From Syntrophales bacterium (GTDB lineage Bacteria > Desulfobacterota > Syntrophia > Syntrophales > UBA2210), in NCBI GenBank assembly GCA_963666365.2, contig CAXXNF010000002.1, positions 2,176,001-2,240,000 on the forward strand: a DNA stretch of 64,000 nucleotides, in the 5' to 3' direction. The notes beneath the pieces were generated by a model. It saw nothing but the letters and a program-made list of their open reading frames with translations, was not told the origin of the DNA and made no database searches. This document shows positions 9,669-19,949 of the stretch, in pieces. How positions within the stretch are numbered: position 1 is the stretch's first letter; each line of letters starts with the position of its first letter. Both the position numbers and the translations under genes were made by a program.

Positions 9669-10421
9669 TTAGGGGGTTGGGGTACTAAGAATATTTTCAA
9701 ATATCCGTCTCAAGCTTTCTGCCTTGAGTTCCCTTGCATTTTTTGTGAATCTCCATCCTGTTGGAAATGTAAGATACATCTTTACGCTTTCTGAAAACCG
9801 GGCATTGCTCATAATCACTTCGCCGTTTTTTAATATGCCTGTATAACTCTTTGGACTCTTCCTTCTGCTCAACGCATCATAAGGCAATTTACTGAAGCAC
9901 ACTACATGTCGAATGCCATAATCCAGGACTAATTTCTGTATGGATTCTTTTCCCTCGCTCACCATCTTGCTGTATGCGCCATAATCAAATATTTCTGTCA
10001 AATCACTGGGATCATCCGAAGGAAATGGTAAAAGCACAGACATAAAGAAGCGGAAAGGACTTTCATACCGGTTTTGTATCATCATGCTGGAATCGATTCT
10101 TTCATTATCAGTGAAATAGCCAGCATATCTCATGGTATTCCAAAAGGGGTTTTCTATACCGGACCTATTGGGAGATAAAATCATTCCCTGCCATACTGAA
10201 TGAGGATGAGGATTGCTCAACAAAATCAGAACTGGTAATTTCCCATTGTCTTCAGGGATAAGAGGTCCTTCTGTTCTATATTTCAATCCCTTCAGATTAT
10301 CATCGAACTCAAACATCTCACTCCACTCACTGAGCTGTTCTTGTACCTTTGATTTTACCTCTGTGTAATTATTGTCAAGTGTAATAGTTCTGGTATGAAT
10401 TATTGAATATTTATCCTTCAT
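9669..10421 (-). CDS. uracil-DNA glycosylase superfamily (MUG-like) protein
   Basis: VLILLSNPHPHS...NPFWNTMRYAGY resembles MUG ILFxGxNP...NRFW; RHVVCFSK and C-terminal FPTG; strong GGAGG RBS. Confidence 0.5.
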   Translation of the reverse strand: MKDKYSIIHTRTITLDNNYTEVKSKVQEQLSEWSEMFEFDDNLKGLKYRTEGPLIPEDNGKLPVLILLSNPHPHSVWQGMILSPNRSGIENPFWNTMRYAGYFTDNERIDSSMMIQNRYESPFRFFMSVLLPFPSDDPSDLTEIFDYGAYSKMVSEGKESIQKLVLDYGIRHVVCFSKLPYDALSRRKSPKSYTGILKNGEVIMSNARFSESVKMYLTFPTGWRFTKNARELKAESLRRIFENILSTPTP

Positions 10422-10846
10422 TATTTCCTCCCTCCTTCTTTTGACCCCAAGTCTGATGGGCAGTAGCCCCGAATGTGAGTAATCCTCTTATATGTGTCAA
10501 AGCATCATCTCCATCGGGAAGTTGTGTAACATGAAATGAAATTAAGGTGCAAGAGAAAAATGATTTAACCAATTGTTATTACTATTTAATTTAATTTGAT
10601 TGCATTGGATTTAATTAATTGAATTGTATTTGATTGCTTTATATTTGGAATTAAATGATACCATTATCACCACTTATTTTCATGACATTTCAGATATTTA
10701 AGAACAAGATTTCATAACGCATTATGAATTTCCTTCATCCCCTCAAATAACGCAGCTTCTGCTCTTCCTCTCCAGCAATAACTGTATTTGCTTTTCTCCC
10801 CTATTATCGCATATAGTTTTCTCAAAATATGAAAGGAGTTGCCATC

Positions 10847-11011
10847 ATGGAAAAAGGGTTCGGAGAAGTAGCAAAGAAAAGATATGATGAGCTTTTAAAG
10901 CAGCGTGATGAGATTGACAAGGAACTGGCTCCTCTGAAGAAATATCTTCAGAATATAGGAATATTGAAAAAAGCAGCCAGAGGAAGAAAGAAAAAAGAAA
11001 AGGCAGAATAG
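10847..11011 (+). CDS. small basic coiled-coil protein (possible nucleoid-associated protein)
   Basis: AAGGAG RBS; heptad LLKQRDEIDKELAPL, K/R-rich tail ARGRKKK; followed by a terminator. Confidence 0.6.
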   Translation: MEKGFGEVAKKRYDELLKQRDEIDKELAPLKKYLQNIGILKKAARGRKKKEKAE

Positions 11012-11026
11012 AGATTTCCCAGAAAG

Positions 11027-11050
11027 ACCCTGGCTTAGGCTGGGGTTTTT
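11027..11050 (+). terminator. intrinsic terminator
   Basis: ACCCTGGC-TTAG-GCTGGGGT followed by a T run. Confidence 0.65.
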
Positions 11051-11590
11051 ATTGGGGGGACAAAAACGCAGGATCTGCGTTTTCCTTCTGGGTAAATTTA
11101 AACGAGAATTTCCGTAATGTTACTATTGCGTTATCAAAAAAACCGATAAATATTGATCACACTTGCTCTGATTTAATTCTTAATTTTACGAGGACACTAT
11201 CACATAGTGACTTTCAATTGATACATACCCCAAGGTTCCAAGGCGTTCACAAATACTTTCAGTATAGCAAAGGGCTTTTTCCGAATAAGAATGACGTTGG
11301 CAACATACGGCAACTATCCGGCATATTGATCATTTCGATAATAATGGAGTCTTTGTATGCATCAAAAATATCTTAAAATATCTATTGCCTTCCTGCTTTT
11401 TCTTTTATTTGTCATAGGGTGTAATGAAATATGGGCAGGCGGTATTCCTCCAGAACTGGAAAAAGAAGTCAATGCCATAAACCTTTAATAGCAGAATTCG
11501 GAACGATTCTCATTACAAGCTAAGTGGCCGGACGTGTTGCAAATCCAATAGCTTTGCTCACAATGTTTGGTTCTTTGTCTTTCCATTCTT

Positions 11591-12217
11591 TTATTTTCTT
11601 TCAAACTCCGGCATATGCAATCCAATTCCTGTGTTTTGGGGCATCCATCGTTCAGCTGCAATCTCCGAATACGTTTTTTGTCTATGATGATGCTTCTGCA
11701 ATTTTATTGTATACCATTTGTTGTTTTCTTCCCGCCATCGAAGCGCCTTCTTTTGCCAGGCAAGACAAGTCGAACGCAGCCAGTATTTCAGTTCATATGA
11801 GAATGGTTCGGTCACAGACATCGGTGGGATTAACGCTACTAGTCCTTCCACATCCCTTTGTTTTTTGTCGGCGTGAAGCAGAATAATTGGTGCCTTGTAT
11901 GCAGGTCCAAAATCTATATCTTCTTCCAGGTCAGCCGATTCAATACAATCATGGTAATTGCGGCACTGTGGACATTTTTTCATTCTGCCCGACCATTCGG
12001 TAAGATAGCATTCAAAACGGTTGATTTCCGTGTTATTTTCAGTCAGGACAAGGGAGTCAAGTATCAGGATAAAACACGGGATCATGATTACGTCTGTAAT
12101 ATCCTCACAAAGACAAAGGCCGAAGGGCATGTTGCTTAAAATGGATGAGATGTTCTCTGACGTTGGAGAATCAGCAAGGATATTTACATTGTTTTCTATA
12201 GATCGAAAAACTGTCAT
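11591..12217 (-). CDS. hypothetical protein (CxxC, possible C-terminal HTH fragment)
   Basis: 208-aa ORF 3 bp downstream of the upstream gene. Confidence 0.5.
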   Translation of the reverse strand: MTVFRSIENNVNILADSPTSENISSILSNMPFGLCLCEDITDVIMIPCFILILDSLVLTENNTEINRFECYLTEWSGRMKKCPQCRNYHDCIESADLEEDIDFGPAYKAPIILLHADKKQRDVEGLVALIPPMSVTEPFSYELKYWLRSTCLAWQKKALRWREENNKWYTIKLQKHHHRQKTYSEIAAERWMPQNTGIGLHMPEFERK

Positions 12218-12220
12218 GTT

Positions 12221-13195
12221 TTAATCCCGGTTAAGCCTCCACCATTGTTTTAGATCATCTTTAGGTGCACTAATGCCCAACTTTTTCATTGTTTCAGGAC
12301 AGGATTGTATCAAAACTGAAGGCAATTGCTTTTGAAGAATAAGAAGTAGATGCATAGCCCGCCGACTGGTTTCATCTTCAAGGCTCCCCGTTGTCATCGT
12401 TAAATATTTATTTAATGGTGATTTTGATGACATATCTTTTAGCTCATTTAAACTAATAGGTGGATGTCGACTATAGGCATGCTTTAAAGACCTAACTAGT
12501 TTTTCGGAATTGGGAATTTTTCCTAAACCATTTTTAAGAAGTTCGTTATGAAAATGGTAATCAAAATTTCCAAGACTTGCTTTTTCACGATCCCGAAAAT
12601 CGGCAATAATATGAACTTGATAGAGTATAACTGCAATAGGGTGAATATCATTTGGTGTCGGAGTGATAACAGAGCCAAATATAGCAGCTGTTTTTTTTAC
12701 AAATTCATCTTGTCGTTTTTCCCATTCCTGTCCGACAGTTTGATAAAGACCCTTTTTAAAAATTCTTTTTTCATTTTCTGTAAGAGTGTCAATTTTACTA
12801 ATACGCAATTCAACCCAATTTCTAAATGGCTTGCATTGTGGCGATTCTACAATATCTTTTGAATTAATGGTTAGTCCCCAATGGAATAGCCGGCGATGAA
12901 GCCCTCCATCAAAACCGAAATCATAATTAGATGGCAACCGAGTCATGAGGTTAGGGACAATTCGCCCCATCACTTCTTTGACTTCCTCGTGTTTGAGAGA
13001 ACGATCAACAAGAGATGAAAGTTCGATAAATTCTTTTATGACGGAACGGTAATCCGTTGTTCCAATGATGTGCAACCATAATTCTGCGTGACTCTTTGCA
13101 TTCGGTAACGCATAAAGATCGCTTGAACATAATAGAATACTAACACATATTGCACAAACTAATTTAAGCAATTTTACCCTACAAGACACTTTCAT
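12221..13195 (-). CDS. hypothetical secreted protein
   Basis: 324 aa, N-terminal signal peptide, HRRLFHWG and HIIAD His motifs; ATGA coupling to upstream gene. Confidence 0.65.
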   Translation of the reverse strand: MKVSCRVKLLKLVCAICVSILLCSSDLYALPNAKSHAELWLHIIGTTDYRSVIKEFIELSSLVDRSLKHEEVKEVMGRIVPNLMTRLPSNYDFGFDGGLHRRLFHWGLTINSKDIVESPQCKPFRNWVELRISKIDTLTENEKRIFKKGLYQTVGQEWEKRQDEFVKKTAAIFGSVITPTPNDIHPIAVILYQVHIIADFRDREKASLGNFDYHFHNELLKNGLGKIPNSEKLVRSLKHAYSRHPPISLNELKDMSSKSPLNKYLTMTTGSLEDETSRRAMHLLLILQKQLPSVLIQSCPETMKKLGISAPKDDLKQWWRLNRD

Positions 13196-15051
13196 TCCAA
13201 GACAATACCTTCATTTGTCCATTTGAATGTCTCTTCCTCTATTACAATAGAACTCTTATTAAATACGATTTTCAATTCTTTATCAAAACAGTCAGCCACC
13301 ATACCGATTATTTTATGACCAGGGAATCCAACACTAGATATTTCAATGAGTTGCTCTCGCAATGATTGCATACGTTTTTTCCACCATGATTTTGATTCTT
13401 CCTCTGTAAGGATTTGTGAAGCAAAATTAAGTTTTATTTTATAAGCATCTTGGAATGTTCTGTCCCGAATTAGTTTATCTCTTGCCAACTCAATTACCAG
13501 TTCAATTTGCTGTTCATTCTTTATAATATTCTCAAAATCGATAACATCTTCAAATAAAACAGATACGGTTTTTTGTTCTTCATTATAACCAATAATTTCT
13601 ATTTTATTTGATGCTTTTGAATTGCCTTCAATGGTGATAGTTATTTTTGCATTAAAATCATCGGTAATCCAACGAGCCGGTATTGTCATTAGAATTCCGT
13701 CATTATTAAAATACTTTCTTCCTGGTATCCATGAGGAATATAAAGCCGGAAATAGCCAAATGTGATCAAACTCGTTTGAAAGGTGTCTCAAAATATCCTT
13801 ATTGTGCATTTTACCATAAAGACGAAGAATATCATAATTATTGACGGTATCTGCTTTGAGAATTTTTTCCATTATACGCTTTATATTATCGTATTTTGAA
13901 CTCTCGAGAATCCTATATAATAGAGTGTCTATTGTTATTTTATTGTCAAAGGTGTTATCATATCCATTGTCCAAATTTCTCATAATAAGGTCTCGTGCTT
14001 CATCATAATGTTCCAGGCGGGCATATTGAAGTGCTGCAAAAAGAAGATTAGCCCAATCCTGATCAGTCGAATTTTGGACAATTAACTCGAGATTTAAAAG
14101 AGTATCCTGAACTGGTGTTTTATCGCCATTAATCATGATCTTTGACATGGCACAAGATGCCACAAATGGATCCTTTCTATAAATGTTCATTCGGGAATTG
14201 TTAAAATTGTCAAAACTGTTAAGGGCATCTTCCATATTACCTATATCCTGAGCAACTCTTCCCCGATAATACCAGTAGGGTGGGTACATTTGAAAATCGT
14301 TTTCTATTCTCACTAATCGGGAATGACATCTTTTCTTTTCCGGGTCTCGAAGAATTTCCGAATAGTTTGTTAACTGGCTTTCTGTGAGCCTCCAATGGTC
14401 TGGGATGTCGTACTCTTTTAAAAGTCGCCAAGAGCTGCCTAATAAACCTCTTCGGAAATCGTTAAGGTTCACTAGGACATTCTTTTCAATTGCCCACTCT
14501 TGGTCCTTGAGTTCCTCTTTAAATTGTTCGATTTGTGCCCGGTAGTTAAAATATACGGAACCCACAGACATAAGTCCACTGGCCAGCGTTGTATATGGAT
14601 TGGCAGTGAATTGCATCCCTGAAAGACCAGATCGAAACGCATCCTTCAGAGCATTATTTACATTACATGCATACTTGCGTTCAATAATCTCCCGCTCTCG
14701 GTCAGTAATCTTAGATTTTGTTAATAGATCTAGTAAATCTTGCAATAATAAGACAATTTCCTCATCGGGTATGCTTCGCAAATTCAAGTTGTTAATAATT
14801 TTATCATACTCTTGATCTAAAACACCTTTGTCATTATAAGAGATAATGTGAGTTAATGAGACAACCACATAGTTAAGAGATTGAATTGTCTGGAGTCTCA
14901 CGTGATCCTGATTTCTCGGAACGGAAGATTCATGACCGTTTTCATTTATGTAGTTCGATGCAGCATACCCATAACCAACAAGAATGAAGACAATAAAGAT
15001 TGTTGCTATAGAAATGTATAGTATCTTCATCCGCAAACTCTCTGATTTCAT
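13192..15051 (-). CDS. secreted TPR-like repeat protein
   Basis: 619 aa; signal peptide; YWYYRGRVAQDIGNMEDAL and AALQYARLEHYDEARDL TPR-like helices. Confidence 0.65.
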   Translation of the reverse strand: MKSESLRMKILYISIATIFIVFILVGYGYAASNYINENGHESSVPRNQDHVRLQTIQSLNYVVVSLTHIISYNDKGVLDQEYDKIINNLNLRSIPDEEIVLLLQDLLDLLTKSKITDREREIIERKYACNVNNALKDAFRSGLSGMQFTANPYTTLASGLMSVGSVYFNYRAQIEQFKEELKDQEWAIEKNVLVNLNDFRRGLLGSSWRLLKEYDIPDHWRLTESQLTNYSEILRDPEKKRCHSRLVRIENDFQMYPPYWYYRGRVAQDIGNMEDALNSFDNFNNSRMNIYRKDPFVASCAMSKIMINGDKTPVQDTLLNLELIVQNSTDQDWANLLFAALQYARLEHYDEARDLIMRNLDNGYDNTFDNKITIDTLLYRILESSKYDNIKRIMEKILKADTVNNYDILRLYGKMHNKDILRHLSNEFDHIWLFPALYSSWIPGRKYFNNDGILMTIPARWITDDFNAKITITIEGNSKASNKIEIIGYNEEQKTVSVLFEDVIDFENIIKNEQQIELVIELARDKLIRDRTFQDAYKIKLNFASQILTEEESKSWWKKRMQSLREQLIEISSVGFPGHKIIGMVADCFDKELKIVFNKSSIVIEEETFKWTNEGIVLE

Positions 15052-15054
15052 TAT

Positions 15055-15354
15055 TCACTCCTGTAAAATGTTTAGCTCAATCAAAAACCTCATTAATGCT
15101 TCAACCTCAATGAACTTCTTGCCAAAATATTCATATTCGCCAGCAAGTGTATCATCCATGATTTCGTCAGATAGTTTGATCAATATTTGAGCGGCGTATG
15201 TATTCTCCTGGTCATCAACGTCCTTGCCGATCAAAGCCAGATACATATACCTATGAGGATCGACCGGAATAAAAAATAAATGGGTATAGACAGATTGTCT
15301 TCTCAACAGACCTTTACGTTTTTTCATCACGCAATATCTGATTATTCCATTCAT
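15055..15354 (-). CDS. hypothetical protein
   Basis: 99-aa ORF packed in the operon. Confidence 0.45.
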   Translation of the reverse strand: MNGIIRYCVMKKRKGLLRRQSVYTHLFFIPVDPHRYMYLALIGKDVDDQENTYAAQILIKLSDEIMDDTLAGEYEYFGKKFIEVEALMRFLIELNILQE

Positions 15355-15362
15355 GCTTTTCT

Positions 15363-15884
15363 CTAGAAAATAAAAGTGATGGAACCGTTTCCCGTGTCTA
15401 TCTTTTCATGTATCTTCTTTTTGCAATTTTTCAGTGCCTGCTCTACATTTTTGTTTTCCGATGAAGGAAAGGTATAACCCATTCTGATTTCCATGTTTTG
15501 TGACGATGATTTTGGCAAATCAAAGGTGATACCGATTTTACGAACGTAATCCACTATCTGACCACGAATAATAATTTCATGACCACCCACTTCCGGTGAT
15601 ACAAGTCCAGCTTTTGCACGTTGAGCGACTTCCATACGGACTTTTTTAAAGTCTTCCGAGTCGCTATTCTGTACCTGTCTCCAGCTGCCGGACTTTGGGC
15701 TTTCCGCCGGTGATTTAATCTCGCCGATTATTACCGTATTTCCCTTAGCTGCAATGTAATCGGGTTTATTGGCGTGTTGTCTACCCTTGCCCTTGATGTC
15801 CCTGTCACCATCAAAGTAAAGATAGCCACACGCAGTAAGCGCGTCTTCTGTTTTTGAATAAAAGTCAGATTTACCTTCAGCCAT
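15363..15884 (-). CDS. PD-(D/E)xK restriction-endonuclease-like protein
   Basis: KPDYIAAKGNTVIIGEIKSP motif; GAGGG RBS. Confidence 0.65.
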   Translation of the reverse strand: MAEGKSDFYSKTEDALTACGYLYFDGDRDIKGKGRQHANKPDYIAAKGNTVIIGEIKSPAESPKSGSWRQVQNSDSEDFKKVRMEVAQRAKAGLVSPEVGGHEIIIRGQIVDYVRKIGITFDLPKSSSQNMEIRMGYTFPSSENKNVEQALKNCKKKIHEKIDTGNGSITFIF

Positions 15885-16080
15885 AGGTCATTCCCTCGAT
15901 CAACGTTTCATAAAACGCAAAGACCCGACTGCATGGATTACGTAGACATAATGCAATTAGTTGTTGACTAGGAACCCTTTTTAGATCAAAGTTTCTGCCA
16001 TAGCACTTCCTCTCGCTTATTGTTTCAATAATTGTTTATAGTTTTCCCAACAACCTTTTTTACTTGCCTGGGGTTTTATC

Positions 16081-17610
16081 TTACGGAGCGGGATAATAAG
16101 TCGAGCGAATTCCTGCTACGACTTGCAAATAGTATATAATATCTTCTAGGCCTATCATTCCGTCTCTATTAGGATCATATTTCGTTCTTTCTGTCTCTAT
16201 CGCTTGATCCAGCTGTTCCTGTGTAAACATGGAAGCAATTGTTTGTTCCATCTCTTCTAGGATCAAATCCTTTGCTGCGTTGGCTTCCGCAATGGCTTGA
16301 TCTAATTCATTTTGTGTAAACATAGTTGCAATGATTTCATTTTGAGACAAAATGGTTGAACTCAGTTCAATTATTGCTTGGTCTTTCTGGGAAATATTGC
16401 TGTTTAAAGCTGAAATGGTCTCATCTCTCTCAGAAATTACCAAATCCTTTAAAGTAGTTGCATCAATAAGCGCTTGATCAAGTTGCTGCTGAGTGAACAT
16501 TAAAGCTATTGTGTCATCTTTCTGTGAAATGGTTTCGTTTAAGGATGCAATGACTAGATCCTTATCCGCGATAATAGTATCCTTTGCAGCATTTGCTTCG
16601 GCCACAGCATCGTCGAGTTGTGTCTTTGTAAACATTGACGCAATAGTGGTGTTCAATGTAGTTATAATTTGATTCTTCTGAGTTATTGTTTCATTTAGGG
16701 TAGTAATAAGTTGATCTTTTTCTTCTATGATCAAATCCTTTGCCGCATTAGCATTAGCAATGGCTTGATCATACTCTTCCTGTGTGTATATTACGTCAAT
16801 GACAGTTACATTCATCCCTGCCGATGTTGTGGAAACACCATCTGTAACTTCCAAAACAAAGTGGTGTATTCCTGATGTGAGAGGTCTAATCTTACTTAAA
16901 TCTAGTGAAGCTTCCCCTCCAGAAACACCTGCGGGACTCCAATCGACCACCACCTCATCATTATCCAACCATCTGTATGTTAAGATATCCCAATCAGGGT
17001 CTATAGTTACTCCGCTGATTATTCTTGGGTCAGGGATTTGACATGAATCATCCAAATTATACTGATGATCAATTCTAATGGATCTGTCCTCTCCTACTTC
17101 GATTACGGGTGGTTTGTTTTCAAGAGAGGGTTCGTTATCATACTCGATAATATATGTCCAAAGAGACTGGCTCTCAGGCTCATCTCCCCACTTTCCCGTA
17201 AAAACACTTCCTTGCACTGTGTACATTAAAAAAGATGGCCAGGAGTTGTTAGGTTCATTAGTTGACCAGCTGGAATAACTCCAATCTTCTCCGGTTATCC
17301 AGGCCCATCCTTCTGTAGATTCTATGCCATCTGAAATTCGATATCCCCCAAGCCAACCATAACTAAATCCAGTACTTGGCAAGGACGAAAAAACAAAGTC
17401 ATTCTCTGCTTGACTCGTCAAAGTTGCAAGATACCCTCCCTTCTGTTCAGCAGAATCTTTTGCTTCACTCCAAGATGTTTGTTTACTTACATAGGGTCTA
17501 ACCAGTTCGTACCAATGACCATTTGCGGACCAATAAACGGGTATTGCATATCCAGGAGTAGTGATAAATATCGTGGTTAAAATGCCTAATAAGACAGTAA
17601 ATGTTTTCAT
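16081..17610 (-). CDS. secreted C-type lectin plus PKD-like protein with coiled-coil stalk repeats and dockerin-like C-terminus
   Basis: Signal peptide; NGHWYE..SWSEAK..GGYLATLTSQAEN..WLGG..W..NEPNN (C-type lectin); PKD-like LEVTDG; MFTQxxLDQA repeats; YDPNRDGMIGLEDIIYYLQVVAGIR. Confidence 0.85.
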   Translation of the reverse strand: MKTFTVLLGILTTIFITTPGYAIPVYWSANGHWYELVRPYVSKQTSWSEAKDSAEQKGGYLATLTSQAENDFVFSSLPSTGFSYGWLGGYRISDGIESTEGWAWITGEDWSYSSWSTNEPNNSWPSFLMYTVQGSVFTGKWGDEPESQSLWTYIIEYDNEPSLENKPPVIEVGEDRSIRIDHQYNLDDSCQIPDPRIISGVTIDPDWDILTYRWLDNDEVVVDWSPAGVSGGEASLDLSKIRPLTSGIHHFVLEVTDGVSTTSAGMNVTVIDVIYTQEEYDQAIANANAAKDLIIEEKDQLITTLNETITQKNQIITTLNTTIASMFTKTQLDDAVAEANAAKDTIIADKDLVIASLNETISQKDDTIALMFTQQQLDQALIDATTLKDLVISERDETISALNSNISQKDQAIIELSSTILSQNEIIATMFTQNELDQAIAEANAAKDLILEEMEQTIASMFTQEQLDQAIETERTKYDPNRDGMIGLEDIIYYLQVVAGIRSTYYPAP

Positions 17611-17751
17611 TTCTCCCCCCTGTTTGGTGTGTATAAGTACCGTACATTTACTGCACAAAATATTGATATACCCAATATATTGCGAATGTCAAACATAAAT
17701 AACGCTTATGTACGGTTTATTAACCTCTCAATTCCTTATAAATACGTCATT

Positions 17752-18093
17752 ATGAAAAAGATAAAAGACCCTGACAGCATTCTTCTCGGCAGACGTATCC
17801 GGACCCTGAGGACAACCAAAGGGCTGACTCAGCAAAAGCTTGGACATCAGGCGGATGTCGATTATAAATTCATCAGCGAAATCGAGCGGGGCAACATGAA
17901 CCCTTCATTTAAAGTACTTATAAAGATTGCAAGAGCCCTCGACGTTGAGCTTCCCGAAATTCTCCGATTTGAGCAGGAAATTTCAGATCATGAGGAGCTG
18001 GAGAAGCGCATCCACCAGATTCTCAGCACTTTACCTGTTGAAAAGCTTCAGAATGTTTTATTGCTTCTCCGTGTGCTCTGTCCCGTTCGCTGA
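17752..18093 (+). CDS. XRE/Cro-C1 family HTH transcriptional regulator
   Basis: LGRRIRTLRTTKGLTQQKLG...ISEIERGNMNPS...KIARALDV. Confidence 0.9.
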   Translation: MKKIKDPDSILLGRRIRTLRTTKGLTQQKLGHQADVDYKFISEIERGNMNPSFKVLIKIARALDVELPEILRFEQEISDHEELEKRIHQILSTLPVEKLQNVLLLLRVLCPVR

Positions 18094-18339
18094 TCATATT
18101 CATTCATACCACCTGCCGATTTTATTTTACGGTACCGAAACCACAGCCCTATCAATATTCCCGTCAGTACAAGGGCCAGACTATTCCCGGCGATAAATAC
18201 AATATCCCTTCCCACTGCAATTCATTATATCCCAGTCCTCTACCCATATTAATTTATGAAAGGAGGATTTTGTAAGCAAAAAACGTTGTAACACCCATAT
18301 TCTCACTATCATTTACCATCAATCAGAAAGGAGAATCGC

Positions 18340-18687
18340 ATGATCAATCAAAGCATTGTAACCGGAAACCTGGGGGCCGATCCCGAGGTGTTCTATTCGT
18401 CGGAGGGGAACCCCGTGGCCTCATTCAACATCGCCTTCCAGTCGTCAAGGAAAAAGACCTGCTGGATCAAGGTGGTCTGCTTCCAGAAACTGGCGGATAT
18501 CGTGTCCCAGCACCTTCACAAAGGAGCCAGAATTGCCGTGTCCGGTGTCCTTGATCAGAACAAGTGGCAGGGCGATGACGGTCAGACGAGAAGCGCCTTC
18601 CAGATCATCGCCCACACCATCGAATTCATCAAGACCGATGGAAGGGGATTCAAGGAAGGCGAATCGTATGACGACGTTCCCTTTTAA
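18340..18687 (+). CDS. ssb: single-stranded DNA-binding protein
   Basis: GNLGADPE, KGARIAVSG, C-terminal DDVPF tail. Confidence 0.93.
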   Translation: MINQSIVTGNLGADPEVFYSSEGNPVASFNIAFQSSRKKTCWIKVVCFQKLADIVSQHLHKGARIAVSGVLDQNKWQGDDGQTRSAFQIIAHTIEFIKTDGRGFKEGESYDDVPF

Positions 18688-18705
18688 CGGAAGGAGAGGG
18701 AGCCT

Positions 18706-18831
18706 ATGTCGAAAGTCACCGTCGAACTCGTCGTCAAAATCGCTGAAATAACCGGTAGAATTATCGTAATCGTGCTGGATGCATTGAAAGGAGAAAAACA
18801 TGACCAGTCAGGAAGTACTCAAAAGAAATGA
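18706..18831 (+). CDS. 41-aa small protein (below ORF-track cutoff)
   Basis: GGAGAGGGAG RBS; MSKVTVELVVKIAEITGRIIVIVLDALKGEK...; overlaps the next start. Confidence 0.45.
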   Translation: MSKVTVELVVKIAEITGRIIVIVLDALKGEKHDQSGSTQKK

Positions 18832-19822
18832 AAAAGCACAGGGATTGAAAGTATGGCAGGTGGACAACGCGTGGTTCTACGTCGAGTCCGAAGACGGGAA
18901 GATCGCCTATAAATGCTGTGTCACCGACCAGGGGGATTTCTGCAACTGCGGGGATTTCGCCACCCGGTCCAAGAACGACCCGAACTTCAAGTGCAAGCAT
19001 CTGCTGGCGGTATTCAACTCCATTCCCCGGAACCAGATACTGACAGCGAATTTCCTCGAACGGAGCAGACCCCGTCTGGATGAGCGGTTCATTAAATCCA
19101 TCGACGGGAAGGACTTTGTCCTCTATGCGGGTCTGCTCGATCTGGCCCATCAGAAGAACCTCGTGTCCATAGATGTGGAACTGCTTCAATATCCTTCGAA
19201 GGAGAACGACCTTACGGCGGTCTGCAGGGCGGTCGCAAAAACCGCCACGGAAGGCCCCTTCATCGATGTGGGCGACGCCAATCCCGTGAACTGCAATTCA
19301 AAAGTGGGAAAGCATCTGATCAGGATGGCAAGCACCCGGGCAAAGGCGAGATGCCTTCGTGATCTGACCAACATCGGCATGACCGCCCTTGAGGAACTGG
19401 GAGACCTGGACGAAGTGATGGGCGAGGAAATGAAATCACCCGCGTCAAGAAAGAACAATGTAAGAAAGATGCCGGTGAGACAGGTAAAGGAATCTGCGGC
19501 AGTGACAGCGAAAGAGGAACCCCCGTCGGCAGGAGTGGAACATCCCGTGAAACCTGAAACACCGGAACCACAATCTGAACCGGCAAAACCGGCGAAGGCA
19601 AAGGCTGCAAAAGCGGGAAACGGCAACGGAAAAAAAGAGGACACACCCGCGCCCTCCATGTCTGAAGCGCAGAAGAACGCCATCTACAACCTCTCCCGCA
19701 GGAGAAATGTCTCCCTGGAAGAGCTGGAAGAGATGTCCATGAAAATCTTCAACACCACTGTGGAGAACCTCTCCTCCGCCGACGCATCCCTTTTCATCAG
19801 AACCCTTCAGCAGGCATCGTAG
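18800..19822 (+). CDS. SWIM zinc finger plus putative single-strand annealing (Rad52/RecT-like) protein
   Basis: CNCGDF...CKH SWIM motif; GDANP...IRMASTRAKARCLRD SSAP-like motif; Pro/Lys linker; C-terminal SEAQK..I..L helix. Confidence 0.65.
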   Translation: MTSQEVLKRNEKAQGLKVWQVDNAWFYVESEDGKIAYKCCVTDQGDFCNCGDFATRSKNDPNFKCKHLLAVFNSIPRNQILTANFLERSRPRLDERFIKSIDGKDFVLYAGLLDLAHQKNLVSIDVELLQYPSKENDLTAVCRAVAKTATEGPFIDVGDANPVNCNSKVGKHLIRMASTRAKARCLRDLTNIGMTALEELGDLDEVMGEEMKSPASRKNNVRKMPVRQVKESAAVTAKEEPPSAGVEHPVKPETPEPQSEPAKPAKAKAAKAGNGNGKKEDTPAPSMSEAQKNAIYNLSRRRNVSLEELEEMSMKIFNTTVENLSSADASLFIRTLQQAS

Positions 19823-19949
19823 TCAATCCCCTGTATCTCAATTGAATCACCAGTCAGGGCGGGACGCAGACCCGGGGGATTGGTGCGTCCTGTCCACTCC
19901 CATTGTCAAAAACACAGGATGCTGCGCATCTCAGGAAGGAGAAGAACTC

